Source of the DNA: Candidatus Eiseniibacteriota bacterium
GTDB lineage: Bacteria > Eisenbacteria > RBG-16-71-46 > JABDJR01
Assembly: GCA_963783375.1 (NCBI GenBank)
Contig: CAWANH010000029.1
Location: forward strand, 1,120,001 to 1,184,000
DNA length: 64,000 nt
Direction: 5' to 3'
Shown here: in pieces, positions 30,498 through 40,119 of the stretch
Position numbering within the stretch: the first letter of the stretch is position 1
Layout: every line of letters begins with the position of its first letter
Position numbers and translations under genes: made by a program
Notes under the pieces: generated by a model
Database searches by the model: none
What the model saw: the letters and a program-made list of their open reading frames with translations, nothing else
Told to the model about the DNA's origin: nothing

Positions 30498-33400
30498 ATG
30501 CACGTTGGACGCCGCGCCGCTCTCTTTCTGCTGGCTTCGAACCTGCTCCTCACATTTCCGGCGGCTGCCTCCCCTTCCGAGGTGAGCCGGGATGTCCGCG
30601 TGGCGCCCGGTGACCTCGTCATCCGGGAAGCCGACGGCCTCACCCGGGTCGAACTGCGGGAGGGTTCATTGCTCCTCCCCGCGGGCAGTCCCGATCTTCC
30701 GGTCAAACCCATCGTCCTTCTCCTCCCCGAGGGGACCCGGGCCGCCTCGGTCCGGGTGACGCCCCTCGAGACCGCCGACATCCCGCTGGGCGGACCCCTG
30801 GCCGCGGTCGGCCCCGCCGCCGTCGACGGCGAGCCGAGTTCCCCACGCGCCGCCCGGGGGCAGGGCGGATCGTTCATTCCGGACGATCCGGTCGTCGGAT
30901 ACCACGGGGGCTCGATGCGGGGCCAACCGGTCGTCTCGGTCGTGGTGGCTCCGGTGAGCTGGCGCGCGTCGAGCGGGACGGTCCGGCTAATGACCCGGTT
31001 TCGAGTGACCGTCCTCCTCGAAGCGGCGGGCGAGGAACCAGGCCGACTCCGGATGCGCCGGGAGAGTCCGGAGGGGGAACGTACCTTCCGCGAGTCCCTC
31101 CGCGCGCTCACCGGTCGGGATCCCGACGCCATCCTCCATTTCAACGCTCCCCGGGGGGGAAGCGCCGGACGGCGCGGAGATCTGGCCCCCCAGGTCAACA
31201 GCGGCACGCCGGTCGGAGCCACCTACCGGCCTTCGGTGGACGGCGGTACCGTGGACATGGTCATCATCACGTCCTCGGAGCAAGCGGCGGAGTATCAACG
31301 CCTGGCCGACTTCAAGACCCGGACCGGTATCTACACCGTGGTCCGGACCCTGGACTGGATCCGGACCAACTACCCCGGGGGCGTGGACAAGCAGGAATCC
31401 ATCCGGCTCTTCATCCGCGACGCGGTATCCCAATGGGGCACCGCCTATGTGCTTCTGGGCGGCGATTCGGACGTTCTCCCCCCCCGGTACATCCACGCCG
31501 CGTCCCCCATCGTGGAGGACATCCCGACCGATCTCTACTTCAGCGACGTGGACGGCAACTGGAATGCGGACGGCGATTCGCAGTTCGGTGAGGCGCAGGC
31601 CACCGGAAAATCGGGAGATGCCGTCGACATGTACCCCGACGCCTGGGTGGGGAGGCTGCCCTCGCAAGACGCGGCCACGGCCTCGATCCTGGTGGACAAG
31701 ACCCTGGCCTACGAACAGGCTCCTCCGGCCGACACCCGAAACAAGGTGGTGTTCGCCAGCGAAGTGTTGAACCCGGGAACGTGGACGCCGGGTGCGACCG
31801 CGGTCTTCGACGGAGCCGCCGTCAGCGAGAGCGTCGTGGACAGCCTGGCGGCGGGGATCGTCCCCGTTCGACTCTACGAGAACTACACCGCGTGGCCGGG
31901 CGCGGTGGCCGAGAACAAGCAAGCGGTCATCGACTCGCTGAACCAGGGCTGCGCCTTCTTTCATCACATCGGCCACGGTCACACCAACGTGATGTCCCTG
32001 GGGATCGGTGGGCTGACCCTCACCAACTCCGATGTCGACGCCTTGCACAACGGGAACAAGACGTTCGTCCTCTACGCCAGCAACTGCATCTCGGCGGCAT
32101 TCGATTACAACTGCATCGGCGAACGTTTCCTGCTCAACCCGAACGGGGGCTCCGTCGCCGTCCTCGGATCCACCCGGGAGAGCTTCGCGGACACCCAGAC
32201 CGGCTGGATCCGCCAGTTCTACTCCCTGCTCTTCCGGCAAAAGGTGCTGGATCTGGGAAGGGCCGCGGGGTTGACCAAGGTGCCCTTCATCGGCGCGTCC
32301 AACTACGACGGTCCGCAGCGCTGGTCCGAGATGAGCCAGATCTACCTGGGGGACCCCAGCCTGTCCTACTGGCTCCTGGCTCCCGATTCGCTGGTGGTTT
32401 CCCACTCCCCGACCTTCTCCCTCGGACAGGGAACGTTCACCGTCGGGGTCGCCCGGAACGGATCCCCGGCGGCGGGGGCGCGGGTGGCCCTGGTGAAGGA
32501 CGGCGACGACTACGGGGCGGGCCTCACCGACGCGTTCGGCCAGGCGGTGGTGGCCTTCCATCCCGATATTCCCGGAACGGTGTCGGTGGGCGTATTCGAC
32601 GAAGGCGCCCTGCCGTCCTTCGGAACGGCTCAGGTCGTAGCTCCGCCGGGGGCGTTCCTCTTCGCCCAGAGCCAGGAGGTCGACGACGATCAGACCGCGC
32701 CCTCCTGGGGGAACGGCGATGGGGAATTCGACGCCGGCGAGACGGTGGAACTTTGGCTCACCATCGGTAACTCCGGCACCACCGCCACCGGTGCGTTCAG
32801 CGCCTCCCTCTCCAACTCCGACCCCTACCTGACGGTGGGAGACGGAGCCTCGTCCTTCGGCTCCATCGCGGCGGGGGCTACGGGCTTGGCCCTCGATCCC
32901 ATGGTCATCACCGTGGAACGCGGCTTCGGCGGGAAGCACGAAGCGCACGTGAGCCTGACCCTGTCCGGGCCCTCGGGGATCTTCATCCAGGACATCATCT
33001 TCTATCTCCACGGACCGGAGTACGAGTACCTCACCCAAACGATCAGGGACACGGTGGGAAACGGAAACGGCAACGGGTCGATCGAGCCTTCCGAGGATTT
33101 CTCCGTGATCCCCGAACTCGGAAACACCGGCCTGGGCGAGGCCTATCAGGTGACCGCCCGGCTTCGCTCCATCGATCCCGGGGTGACGATCACGGATTCG
33201 ATGAGCGTGATCGGCAACATCGCGCCCGGGACGACCGGCTCGAACCCCGCGGACGGATTCGTCCTCCGGCTGAACGATCCCGCTGCGGCCCACTCGATCT
33301 CGGTCGTAGTGGTCGACGCCTACGGCGAGGAGTCGACCTGGCCGGTGGAGTTCACCCCACCCGGCCCGGTGAGCGGTCTATTGGCATTCGGCGGAGCCAA

Positions 33401-35273
33401 TTCCATCGCTCTCGAGTGGACCCAGCCCGCGGATTCCGACCTGCGGAGCTACCTCGTATACCGGGCGCCGACCCCCTCCGGACCGTTCACCCGAGTGAAT
33501 TCCCGGATCAACGAACGAAGCGCGGTTTACGTGGACGAGTCCCTCTCTTCCCTGACCCGATTCTCCTACCGGGTGGCCGCGTTGGACTCCTCCGGCAACC
33601 AGGGTCCGTTATCCCCGGTGATCTCGGCCACGACCTCCCTCGCCATGCACGCGGGTTGGCCGGTGGAGGTCAAGACCGCCACGGTGGGAGGGGTGAGCCT
33701 GGCGCGGCTTGACGGCGCCGGGACTCCGGAAATCCTCGCCGGCGGGGAAGAGCTGTACGCCCTGACCGCCGATGGCGGCGAATACACCGACGGCGACCAC
33801 AGCAGCTCGACCCTGGGGCCGCTCACTCAAACCACGTCGACCGGGTTCTGGAATACGCCCTGTTCGGGCGACGCCCTGCATACCGGATACCAGGTGGTTG
33901 CCGCCGCGGGCTGGTCCGACTACCTCCTTCACGTCGTGGACCGCTTCGGCGCCGAACTTGCCGGGTGGCCCAAGAACATCGACGTGAACGGAACCGGCTC
34001 GATCAACCCCATCGGATCGCCGGCCATGGAGGATCTGGACGGCGACGGCCTGATGGAGATCACGATCACCGCGGGCAGGTGCATCTTCGCCTGGCACGCC
34101 GACGGCACCGAGCTCCGGGATGGGGATTCGAACCCCGCCACCGACGGCGTCCTGGCGGAGACCGGGACGCTCTATTCCTACGGCACCCCGAGCATTGCGG
34201 ACATCGACGGAAACGGCTCCCGAGAGATCATCGCCGGCATGCGGGACGGGAAGCTCTACGTCTTCAACGCGGACGGAACCCCCTATCCCGGGTTCCCATA
34301 CGTCACCGGGGGCGACATCACCATGGGTCCGGCGATAGGCGACATCGACGGGGACGGCCGGCAAGAGATCGTGTTCGGCTCCGGCGTCGACGCCAAGCTC
34401 TACGCCGTCCGCTATGACGGATCTTCCGCCGCCGGGTTTCCGGTGTCGTTGGCATTGAGCGGGGATTGGGATTCTTCCCCCGCCCTGGCCGACCTGAACG
34501 GGGACACCTATCCGGACGTGGTGGTCGGCGGATCCAGCGGCGGTGTCTATGCATTCAGCGGGGTGAACGGGTCCCCCCTCCCCGGCTTCCCCTTCCCCTT
34601 CACCGATGCCATGGGCAACCCGGTGAGCGTCCTCAGCTCCCCCGTGGTGGTCGATCTGGACGGGGATGGCGACCTCGATCTCGTGGTTGCCGATCATAGG
34701 GGCCGGGTGCACGCGATCTCGAGCACGGGGACCGAGTTACCGGGATTCCCGATCCAGACCGGCAACGCCACCGACACCACTCCCCTGGTCTGGGACGTGG
34801 ACGGAGACGGGCTGAGCGAGGTTCTGATCCAGTCCCTGGACCAGAGGGTCTATTGCTGGGACACGCCGTGGACCTTCGACGCGGCCCGCGCCCCCTGGCC
34901 CATGTTCAAGCACGACGAGCGCCACACCGGATGGGCGACCGATGAGATCCTCCAGGTTCTCGCCACCCCCTCCACCCCGGTCGCCGGGAGCGCCCTGCTC
35001 CAGCAGAACGCCCCCAACCCCTTCCGCGGCTCCACGGTGATCCGGTATCGAATCCCGGAGGGAGCCACCTACCAGAGCGTCAGGCTCCGGGTTTTCGACC
35101 TGAACGGACGGGTGGTGCGGAGCCTGATCGACGGGGAACAGCCTCCTGGCTCCTACTCGGCGTCCTGGGACGGGAGGGACGGCCGCGGGGTCCCGGTGGC
35201 CTCTGGGATCTACCTGTATCGTCTGGAGGCGGCGGGAAGGGCCCTATCCCGAAAGCTGGTCGTTCTCCAGTAG
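30498..35273 (+). CDS. Secreted C25 (gingipain-like) cysteine peptidase with propeptide, FN3, FG-GAP/VCBS repeats and FlgD-Ig tail
   Basis: YVLLGGD, TDLYFSD, WVGRLP, catalytic HIGHG and SNC; repeated DLDGDG motifs; WPMFKHD; NAPNPF...WDGRD...ASGIYLYRL. Confidence 0.92.
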   Translation: MHVGRRAALFLLASNLLLTFPAAASPSEVSRDVRVAPGDLVIREADGLTRVELREGSLLLPAGSPDLPVKPIVLLLPEGTRAASVRVTPLETADIPLGGPLAAVGPAAVDGEPSSPRAARGQGGSFIPDDPVVGYHGGSMRGQPVVSVVVAPVSWRASSGTVRLMTRFRVTVLLEAAGEEPGRLRMRRESPEGERTFRESLRALTGRDPDAILHFNAPRGGSAGRRGDLAPQVNSGTPVGATYRPSVDGGTVDMVIITSSEQAAEYQRLADFKTRTGIYTVVRTLDWIRTNYPGGVDKQESIRLFIRDAVSQWGTAYVLLGGDSDVLPPRYIHAASPIVEDIPTDLYFSDVDGNWNADGDSQFGEAQATGKSGDAVDMYPDAWVGRLPSQDAATASILVDKTLAYEQAPPADTRNKVVFASEVLNPGTWTPGATAVFDGAAVSESVVDSLAAGIVPVRLYENYTAWPGAVAENKQAVIDSLNQGCAFFHHIGHGHTNVMSLGIGGLTLTNSDVDALHNGNKTFVLYASNCISAAFDYNCIGERFLLNPNGGSVAVLGSTRESFADTQTGWIRQFYSLLFRQKVLDLGRAAGLTKVPFIGASNYDGPQRWSEMSQIYLGDPSLSYWLLAPDSLVVSHSPTFSLGQGTFTVGVARNGSPAAGARVALVKDGDDYGAGLTDAFGQAVVAFHPDIPGTVSVGVFDEGALPSFGTAQVVAPPGAFLFAQSQEVDDDQTAPSWGNGDGEFDAGETVELWLTIGNSGTTATGAFSASLSNSDPYLTVGDGASSFGSIAAGATGLALDPMVITVERGFGGKHEAHVSLTLSGPSGIFIQDIIFYLHGPEYEYLTQTIRDTVGNGNGNGSIEPSEDFSVIPELGNTGLGEAYQVTARLRSIDPGVTITDSMSVIGNIAPGTTGSNPADGFVLRLNDPAAAHSISVVVVDAYGEESTWPVEFTPPGPVSGLLAFGGANSIALEWTQPADSDLRSYLVYRAPTPSGPFTRVNSRINERSAVYVDESLSSLTRFSYRVAALDSSGNQGPLSPVISATTSLAMHAGWPVEVKTATVGGVSLARLDGAGTPEILAGGEELYALTADGGEYTDGDHSSSTLGPLTQTTSTGFWNTPCSGDALHTGYQVVAAAGWSDYLLHVVDRFGAELAGWPKNIDVNGTGSINPIGSPAMEDLDGDGLMEITITAGRCIFAWHADGTELRDGDSNPATDGVLAETGTLYSYGTPSIADIDGNGSREIIAGMRDGKLYVFNADGTPYPGFPYVTGGDITMGPAIGDIDGDGRQEIVFGSGVDAKLYAVRYDGSSAAGFPVSLALSGDWDSSPALADLNGDTYPDVVVGGSSGGVYAFSGVNGSPLPGFPFPFTDAMGNPVSVLSSPVVVDLDGDGDLDLVVADHRGRVHAISSTGTELPGFPIQTGNATDTTPLVWDVDGDGLSEVLIQSLDQRVYCWDTPWTFDAARAPWPMFKHDERHTGWATDEILQVLATPSTPVAGSALLQQNAPNPFRGSTVIRYRIPEGATYQSVRLRVFDLNGRVVRSLIDGEQPPGSYSASWDGRDGRGVPVASGIYLYRLEAAGRALSRKLVVLQ

Positions 35274-37514
35274 CGCTTGGTCGATCGAGGATACGCTTTC
35301 CGGGCCCCCGAACACCCGCCCGATCTGAACCGTGATGTTGTCGGGGCCTCCCCGGCTCCGGGCCAATTCCACCAGCCTCCGACAGGCTCCGCCGGGAGGA
35401 TCGGACATGACCACGTCCCGGATTTCCTCCTCGCTCACCACCTCCCAGAGCCCGTCCGAGCAGAGGAAGACCACGTCGCCGTCCGTCAGGCAAACCGGTT
35501 CGGGCGAGGCCTCCACCTCCAGTTCCTCTTTCTCTCCCAGACAGCGGGTCAGGATGTGACTCGGGATCATCGGTGACGGGCCGTCGTCCCCCGACGTCCG
35601 TCGCATCTCGGCGGCGAGATTGTGATCGCTGGTCAGTTGGGTGATCTCTCTCCTCGAGACCAGGTAGGCCCGGGTGTCCCCAACATGGGCCACGTACAGG
35701 TCGAGGCCGTGGAAGACCGCGGCGGTACAGGTGGTTCCCATCCCTCCCAGGCGATGACTCCCCGCCGCCCGGGCGTGGATCCTCTGATTGGCCCGATTCA
35801 TGGACTCCACCAGGGCGGCTCGCGGTCCCCCCTCGAGCATCAACGCGAAGTAGTCCGACGCGAATGCCTCGACCGCCATCCGGCTCGCCACCTCTCCCGC
35901 CGCCGCCCCCCCCATGCCGTCGGCCAGCACGAGAAGTCCTCCCGGAATATCCGCGCAGCCGGCCACGATGCCGAACGCGTCTTCGTTGTTGGCGCGCACG
36001 CATCCCCGGTCGGTTCGGGCCGCTGCTTCCAGGCGCAGGTTGCCGTCCTCGCTCAGGTACAGGGTCGCTTCCTCGGCCCGATTGTCGGGTTCGGGGAGTT
36101 CCAGCTCCGGAATCGCCGAGGATCCGTCGCCGCTTCCCCACTTCTCGGGAACCGCGATCTTGAATCCCCGCCGCTCCAGGTGGGCCTCCACCGCCCGCGA
36201 GGCGATTTCCCCCCGCGCGTACTTCTCCAGCTCCTCTTCCCCCAGCTCGACGAAGAGGGCGTCTTCGGAGTACAGGTCGATCAGGGCCTCCACCACGTCC
36301 GGGAAGAACTGGGAGCCGGCATGGGCGAGGAGTTCCTCGAAGGCGGCTTCGGGGGATAGGCCGCGCCGGTAGGGACGGTCCGAGGTCATGGCGTCGAAGG
36401 CGGCGGCGGCCATGATGATGCGGCTTCCCACCGGGATGGCGTCTCCCGACAGACCCCGTGGATAGCCGCGGCCGTCGGGCTGCTCGTGGTGGCAGTAGAC
36501 GATATCCGCGGTCTCCGGGAAGAATCTGAACCTCCGGATCATCTCGGCCCCGATGCGGGGGTGGGTCCTGAGAAGCGACTGCTCCGATTCGTCGAGCCGT
36601 CCCGGCTTGTCCAGAACCTCACGCTGGATGACGTTGCGGCCGATGTCGTGGAGAAGCGAGGCGTACTGGATGCCCTCGATTTCCCGGACGGGAAGCCCGA
36701 GGCGCCTTGCCACCGCGGTGGACATCGTGGACACCCGGAGACAGTGGCCCCGGGTGAATGGGTCGGTCGCGTCCACCTCGGACATGAGTTCACGGACCGA
36801 GGTGAGGTGGGTCCGCTTCGACTCCCGCCAGAGCTTCATGGCGTAACGGGTGACCAGGAGCGGAATCAGGAAGAGCGCCGAGCCCATCGGGCCGATCCGG
36901 ATCTGGGTGAGGGCGAGCAGGACCCCGAAAGGGAGGAGCAGGGCCTGGAACGCGCCCTCCGAAGCAATCGTACCGAACCCGGACTCACGCAGGCGTTTCG
37001 GGGACTGAAGCCCGAGGCCGACGGCGGAGAGAGTTCCCCAGGTCAAGAGATAGGCCGCGGCGGCGGCGACGAGAGACCCCACTTCACCGGGGTCGATGAA
37101 CAGGTCCGCTCCCGTCCTCCCCCCCATACCGACGTACACCGTCCCCGCCGCGCCAACCACCAACGCCGCCCGGCCCAAGCGGGCGATGCTCTTGGCCATG
37201 GGGTTCCATTTCTCGGCGATATTGGAGACCAGTCGGGCGTACACCGCGACCCAGCACGCGGTAAGGGGGCCGAAGACCAGGAGCGCGGCCAGATCCAGGG
37301 CCGCGGTGAGCCGCACGGTGCCGGAGCCGCGGGGGAGCGGGACCGGCGACATCGCCGCCACCGAGATCATGGCCAGCCACAGGATGAGGGTCGAAGTCGT
37401 ACCGGCGGCGCGCTCCACCTCCCCGGCCCCTGCCCCCATCGCGGCCAGCACGACGATGCCGGCGCCCAGGAGGGCCAGAGCGAAGAATCGGTACTTCAAG
37501 CTGGTGTGCATCAC
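35244..37514 (-). CDS. Membrane sensor - HD-GYP - PP2C Ser/Thr phosphatase fusion
   Basis: Multi-TM N-terminus; LLHDIGR, HHE, DGRGYP and DRPYR; PP2C motifs RANNED, ADGMGG, MGTT, HVGDTR, LCSDGL and GGPDN. Confidence 0.92.
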   Translation of the reverse strand: MMHTSLKYRFFALALLGAGIVVLAAMGAGAGEVERAAGTTSTLILWLAMISVAAMSPVPLPRGSGTVRLTAALDLAALLVFGPLTACWVAVYARLVSNIAEKWNPMAKSIARLGRAALVVGAAGTVYVGMGGRTGADLFIDPGEVGSLVAAAAAYLLTWGTLSAVGLGLQSPKRLRESGFGTIASEGAFQALLLPFGVLLALTQIRIGPMGSALFLIPLLVTRYAMKLWRESKRTHLTSVRELMSEVDATDPFTRGHCLRVSTMSTAVARRLGLPVREIEGIQYASLLHDIGRNVIQREVLDKPGRLDESEQSLLRTHPRIGAEMIRRFRFFPETADIVYCHHEQPDGRGYPRGLSGDAIPVGSRIIMAAAAFDAMTSDRPYRRGLSPEAAFEELLAHAGSQFFPDVVEALIDLYSEDALFVELGEEELEKYARGEIASRAVEAHLERRGFKIAVPEKWGSGDGSSAIPELELPEPDNRAEEATLYLSEDGNLRLEAAARTDRGCVRANNEDAFGIVAGCADIPGGLLVLADGMGGAAAGEVASRMAVEAFASDYFALMLEGGPRAALVESMNRANQRIHARAAGSHRLGGMGTTCTAAVFHGLDLYVAHVGDTRAYLVSRREITQLTSDHNLAAEMRRTSGDDGPSPMIPSHILTRCLGEKEELEVEASPEPVCLTDGDVVFLCSDGLWEVVSEEEIRDVVMSDPPGGACRRLVELARSRGGPDNITVQIGRVFGGPESVSSIDQALLENDQLSG

Positions 37515-37568
37515 GGGGATACGTCCTCCCTGTTCGGTCCCACGGAACCCGGACCTTTCATCCTCCTG

Positions 37569-37595
37569 TCATCGGCTCCTGGGCCTCGCGGCTGA
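37569..37595 (-). promoter_or_regulatory. Putative sigma-28-type promoter for the HD-GYP-PP2C gene
   Basis: TCAG-N15-GCCGATGA on the minus strand. Confidence 0.55.
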
Positions 37596-37621
37596 AGCCT
37601 GGAAAGGGGGCAGGACCCCCT

Positions 37622-37648
37622 CAAGGCGGGCCCCCAGGGAGCCGAAAA
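37622..37648 (+). promoter_or_regulatory. Putative sigma-28-type promoter for the GAF-HD-GYP gene
   Basis: CAAG-N15-GCCGAAAA on the plus strand. Confidence 0.5.
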
Positions 37649-37742
37649 CCCGAGAACAAGGTCCGGTCAGGCCGGGCCGTACGGCCCCGGGCCGATCCCC
37701 CCGGGCTTCGGGGCCATCCCTTGCCAATGGAGAGCCCTATCC

Positions 37743-39005
37743 ATGAGCGACGGCACCCATCGGAATCCGGCCGGGCCCGATCGGCAATCCTCGGGGGATT
37801 CGGACCGCATTTCGGTTCTTCACTCTCAATCGGTGTCGCGATTTTCCATGCTCCAGTCCGATCTGGTGGGGCTGGATACCCGAATGGCCGACCTGTTCCT
37901 CCGGTTCGCCACTCGGACCAGCGCGGCCCGGAACGACGAGTCCCGGCTCATGTCGGTGATCGGCGAGTTCACCTTCCAGGCCTTCCCGCGAGCCACTCAC
38001 CTGGTCGTGGCCCTGAGCGAACCCGGCGAGAGTGACGTCCGTCCCCTGGTCGCGGTGTCCCGAACCGGAGACGAGCCGGAGGTAAAGCTCAGCACCACCC
38101 TGATGCGCCGGGTGATCGAGGACGGCGTCGCCCTGCTCTACACGCCGGCGCAGTCCGGCTCCGAGTCCTCCACGAGCATCACCCTCTCCCGGATCCAAAC
38201 CGCCTTGTGCGCCCCCCTGTTCAGCATCGAGGATCCCTTCGGGGTGATTCAGCTCGACGTCCGCCATCCGGCCACCGGCACCTTCACCCGCAAGGACGTG
38301 GACCGGATCATCGTCTTCGCCCATCACGTGGCGCTGGTGCTGGACAATCTCCGGCTCTATCAGGAGCAACGCCGGGCCTTCGAGTCTACGATCCGGGCGC
38401 TGGTGCACTCGCTCTCCCTGAAGGATCCCGACACCGCCCATCACTCCGAACGGGTCCAGACCCTGGCCGTTCTGATCGGAGCGGAGATGGGGCTTCGCGG
38501 AAACGACCTGGAATCGCTGGGAGTGGCCGCGGTTCTCCACGACATGGGAAAGCAAGGGATCCGGGACGAAGTGCTGCTCAAGCCCGCCCGCCTGTCCAGC
38601 GTGGAGAGGGAGGAGATGTCCCGCCACTCCGAACTCACCCAGAACGTCCTCGACAAGATCGCCTATCCCCAGCACCTGCGTGACGTGCCCCTCTACGCCG
38701 CCTATCACCACGAAAAGATGAACGGCACCGGGCCCTATCGCATTCCCGGGGAGGAAATCCCCATCCAGGCCCGAATCATCTCGGTGGCCGACGTCTTCGA
38801 CGCCTTGTTCTCGGCTCGGGTGTACAAGGAGCCCAAACCGGTGGAGGAGGTGCTGGCCATCCTGGAGCGCGGCAAGGGGAAGGAATGGGACGCCCGGGTG
38901 GTGGATGCCGTCCGGGCCCTCGCCCCCCGCCTCCTGGCCCGGGTATACGACGCCTCGCCGGCGCCCCGGGGATCGGACGGGATTCCGGGCCGTCAGGCGG
39001 CCTGA
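37743..39005 (+). CDS. GAF + HD-GYP domain protein
   Basis: GAF motifs LCAPL...GVIQLD...FT.KD; HHSERV, LHDMGK, HHEKMNGTGPY and SVADVFDAL. Confidence 0.92.
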   Translation: MSDGTHRNPAGPDRQSSGDSDRISVLHSQSVSRFSMLQSDLVGLDTRMADLFLRFATRTSAARNDESRLMSVIGEFTFQAFPRATHLVVALSEPGESDVRPLVAVSRTGDEPEVKLSTTLMRRVIEDGVALLYTPAQSGSESSTSITLSRIQTALCAPLFSIEDPFGVIQLDVRHPATGTFTRKDVDRIIVFAHHVALVLDNLRLYQEQRRAFESTIRALVHSLSLKDPDTAHHSERVQTLAVLIGAEMGLRGNDLESLGVAAVLHDMGKQGIRDEVLLKPARLSSVEREEMSRHSELTQNVLDKIAYPQHLRDVPLYAAYHHEKMNGTGPYRIPGEEIPIQARIISVADVFDALFSARVYKEPKPVEEVLAILERGKGKEWDARVVDAVRALAPRLLARVYDASPAPRGSDGIPGRQAA

Positions 39006-39035
39006 TCCCCCCCCGGATGCGCCGGCCGCCGGGAA

Positions 39036-40106
39036 TCAGGCCGCTTCGGCGCGGGCCAGCGAACGCTCGAACTGGCTGGGGTCGATGGCGTGGTCGTAGG
39101 CCTCCTCGCCGGTGATGACGCCCTTCCGCACCAGCTCCCGGAGTTCGGCGTCCAGGCTCTGCATGCCGATCCCGCGTCCGGCCTGGATCACCGAGGTCAA
39201 CTTGTGGCCGTTCCCCGCGCGAATCATCGAGGCGGCCGCGGGGTTGTTGACCAGGATCTCGGCCACCGCCAGCCGTCCCGAACCGTCCGCTCGGCTCACC
39301 AGTTGCTGGGAGATAACCATGCGCAGGCTTTCGGCCAGCATGCTCCGGATCTGCTCCTGGCGGCGGGCCGGAAACACGTTCACGATCCGGTCGATGCTTC
39401 GCGAGGCCCCGCTGGTGTGGAGGCTCCCCAGGACCTGGATCCCGGTCTCCGCCGCGGTGAGAGCCAGGGCGATGGTCTCGACGTCTCGCAGCTCCCCCAC
39501 CAGGATCACGTCGGGGTCCTCGCGGATCGCGTGGCGAAGCGCTTCCGAGAAATCGGGAGCGTGAACCCCGATCTCGCGCTGGGTGACCAGGGAAAGCCGG
39601 TACCCGTGAACGAACTCGATCGGGTCCTCCACCGTGATCACATGCCCCTTCCGGGTGGCGTTGATCTCGTTCACCATGGCGGCCAGGGTGGTCGACTTCC
39701 CGCACCCGGTGGGTCCGGTGGCCAGGGTAAGGCCCTTGGGCTGGGAACAGATCAGCTTGAGCACGGCGGGGAGCCCCAGGTCGTCCAGCACCGGCACCTG
39801 GGCCGGGATCACCCGGAGCGCGACGCCCAGGCCTTTCTGGTGGCGATAGGCGTTGACCCGGAACCGTCCCAGTTCCTGAACCTCGTAGCCGAAATCCACC
39901 GAGAGATGCCGGGCGAGCCGCTCCCGCTGCGCCTCGGTGGTGAACTCCTCCAGTACCCGCTCCATGTCCTCCACCGAGAGCTCGCGGAACCTCACCTTGT
40001 GGAGCACGCCGTTGATGCGAATGCGGGGGGACTGGCCCGAAATCATGTGGAGGTCCGAGCCTCCCTGCTTCACCGCCAGCTCCAGGAAGGTGTTGATCCG
40101 GCTCAT
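39036..40106 (-). CDS. pilT: PilT/PilU-family type IV pilus retraction-type ATPase
   Basis: SDLH, GRFRVN, Walker A GPTGCGKST, EDPIEF, REDPDVILVGELRD and GMQS motifs. Confidence 0.92.
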   Translation of the reverse strand: MSRINTFLELAVKQGGSDLHMISGQSPRIRINGVLHKVRFRELSVEDMERVLEEFTTEAQRERLARHLSVDFGYEVQELGRFRVNAYRHQKGLGVALRVIPAQVPVLDDLGLPAVLKLICSQPKGLTLATGPTGCGKSTTLAAMVNEINATRKGHVITVEDPIEFVHGYRLSLVTQREIGVHAPDFSEALRHAIREDPDVILVGELRDVETIALALTAAETGIQVLGSLHTSGASRSIDRIVNVFPARRQEQIRSMLAESLRMVISQQLVSRADGSGRLAVAEILVNNPAAASMIRAGNGHKLTSVIQAGRGIGMQSLDAELRELVRKGVITGEEAYDHAIDPSQFERSLARAEAA

Positions 40107-40119
40107 CGGTTCACCTCGC

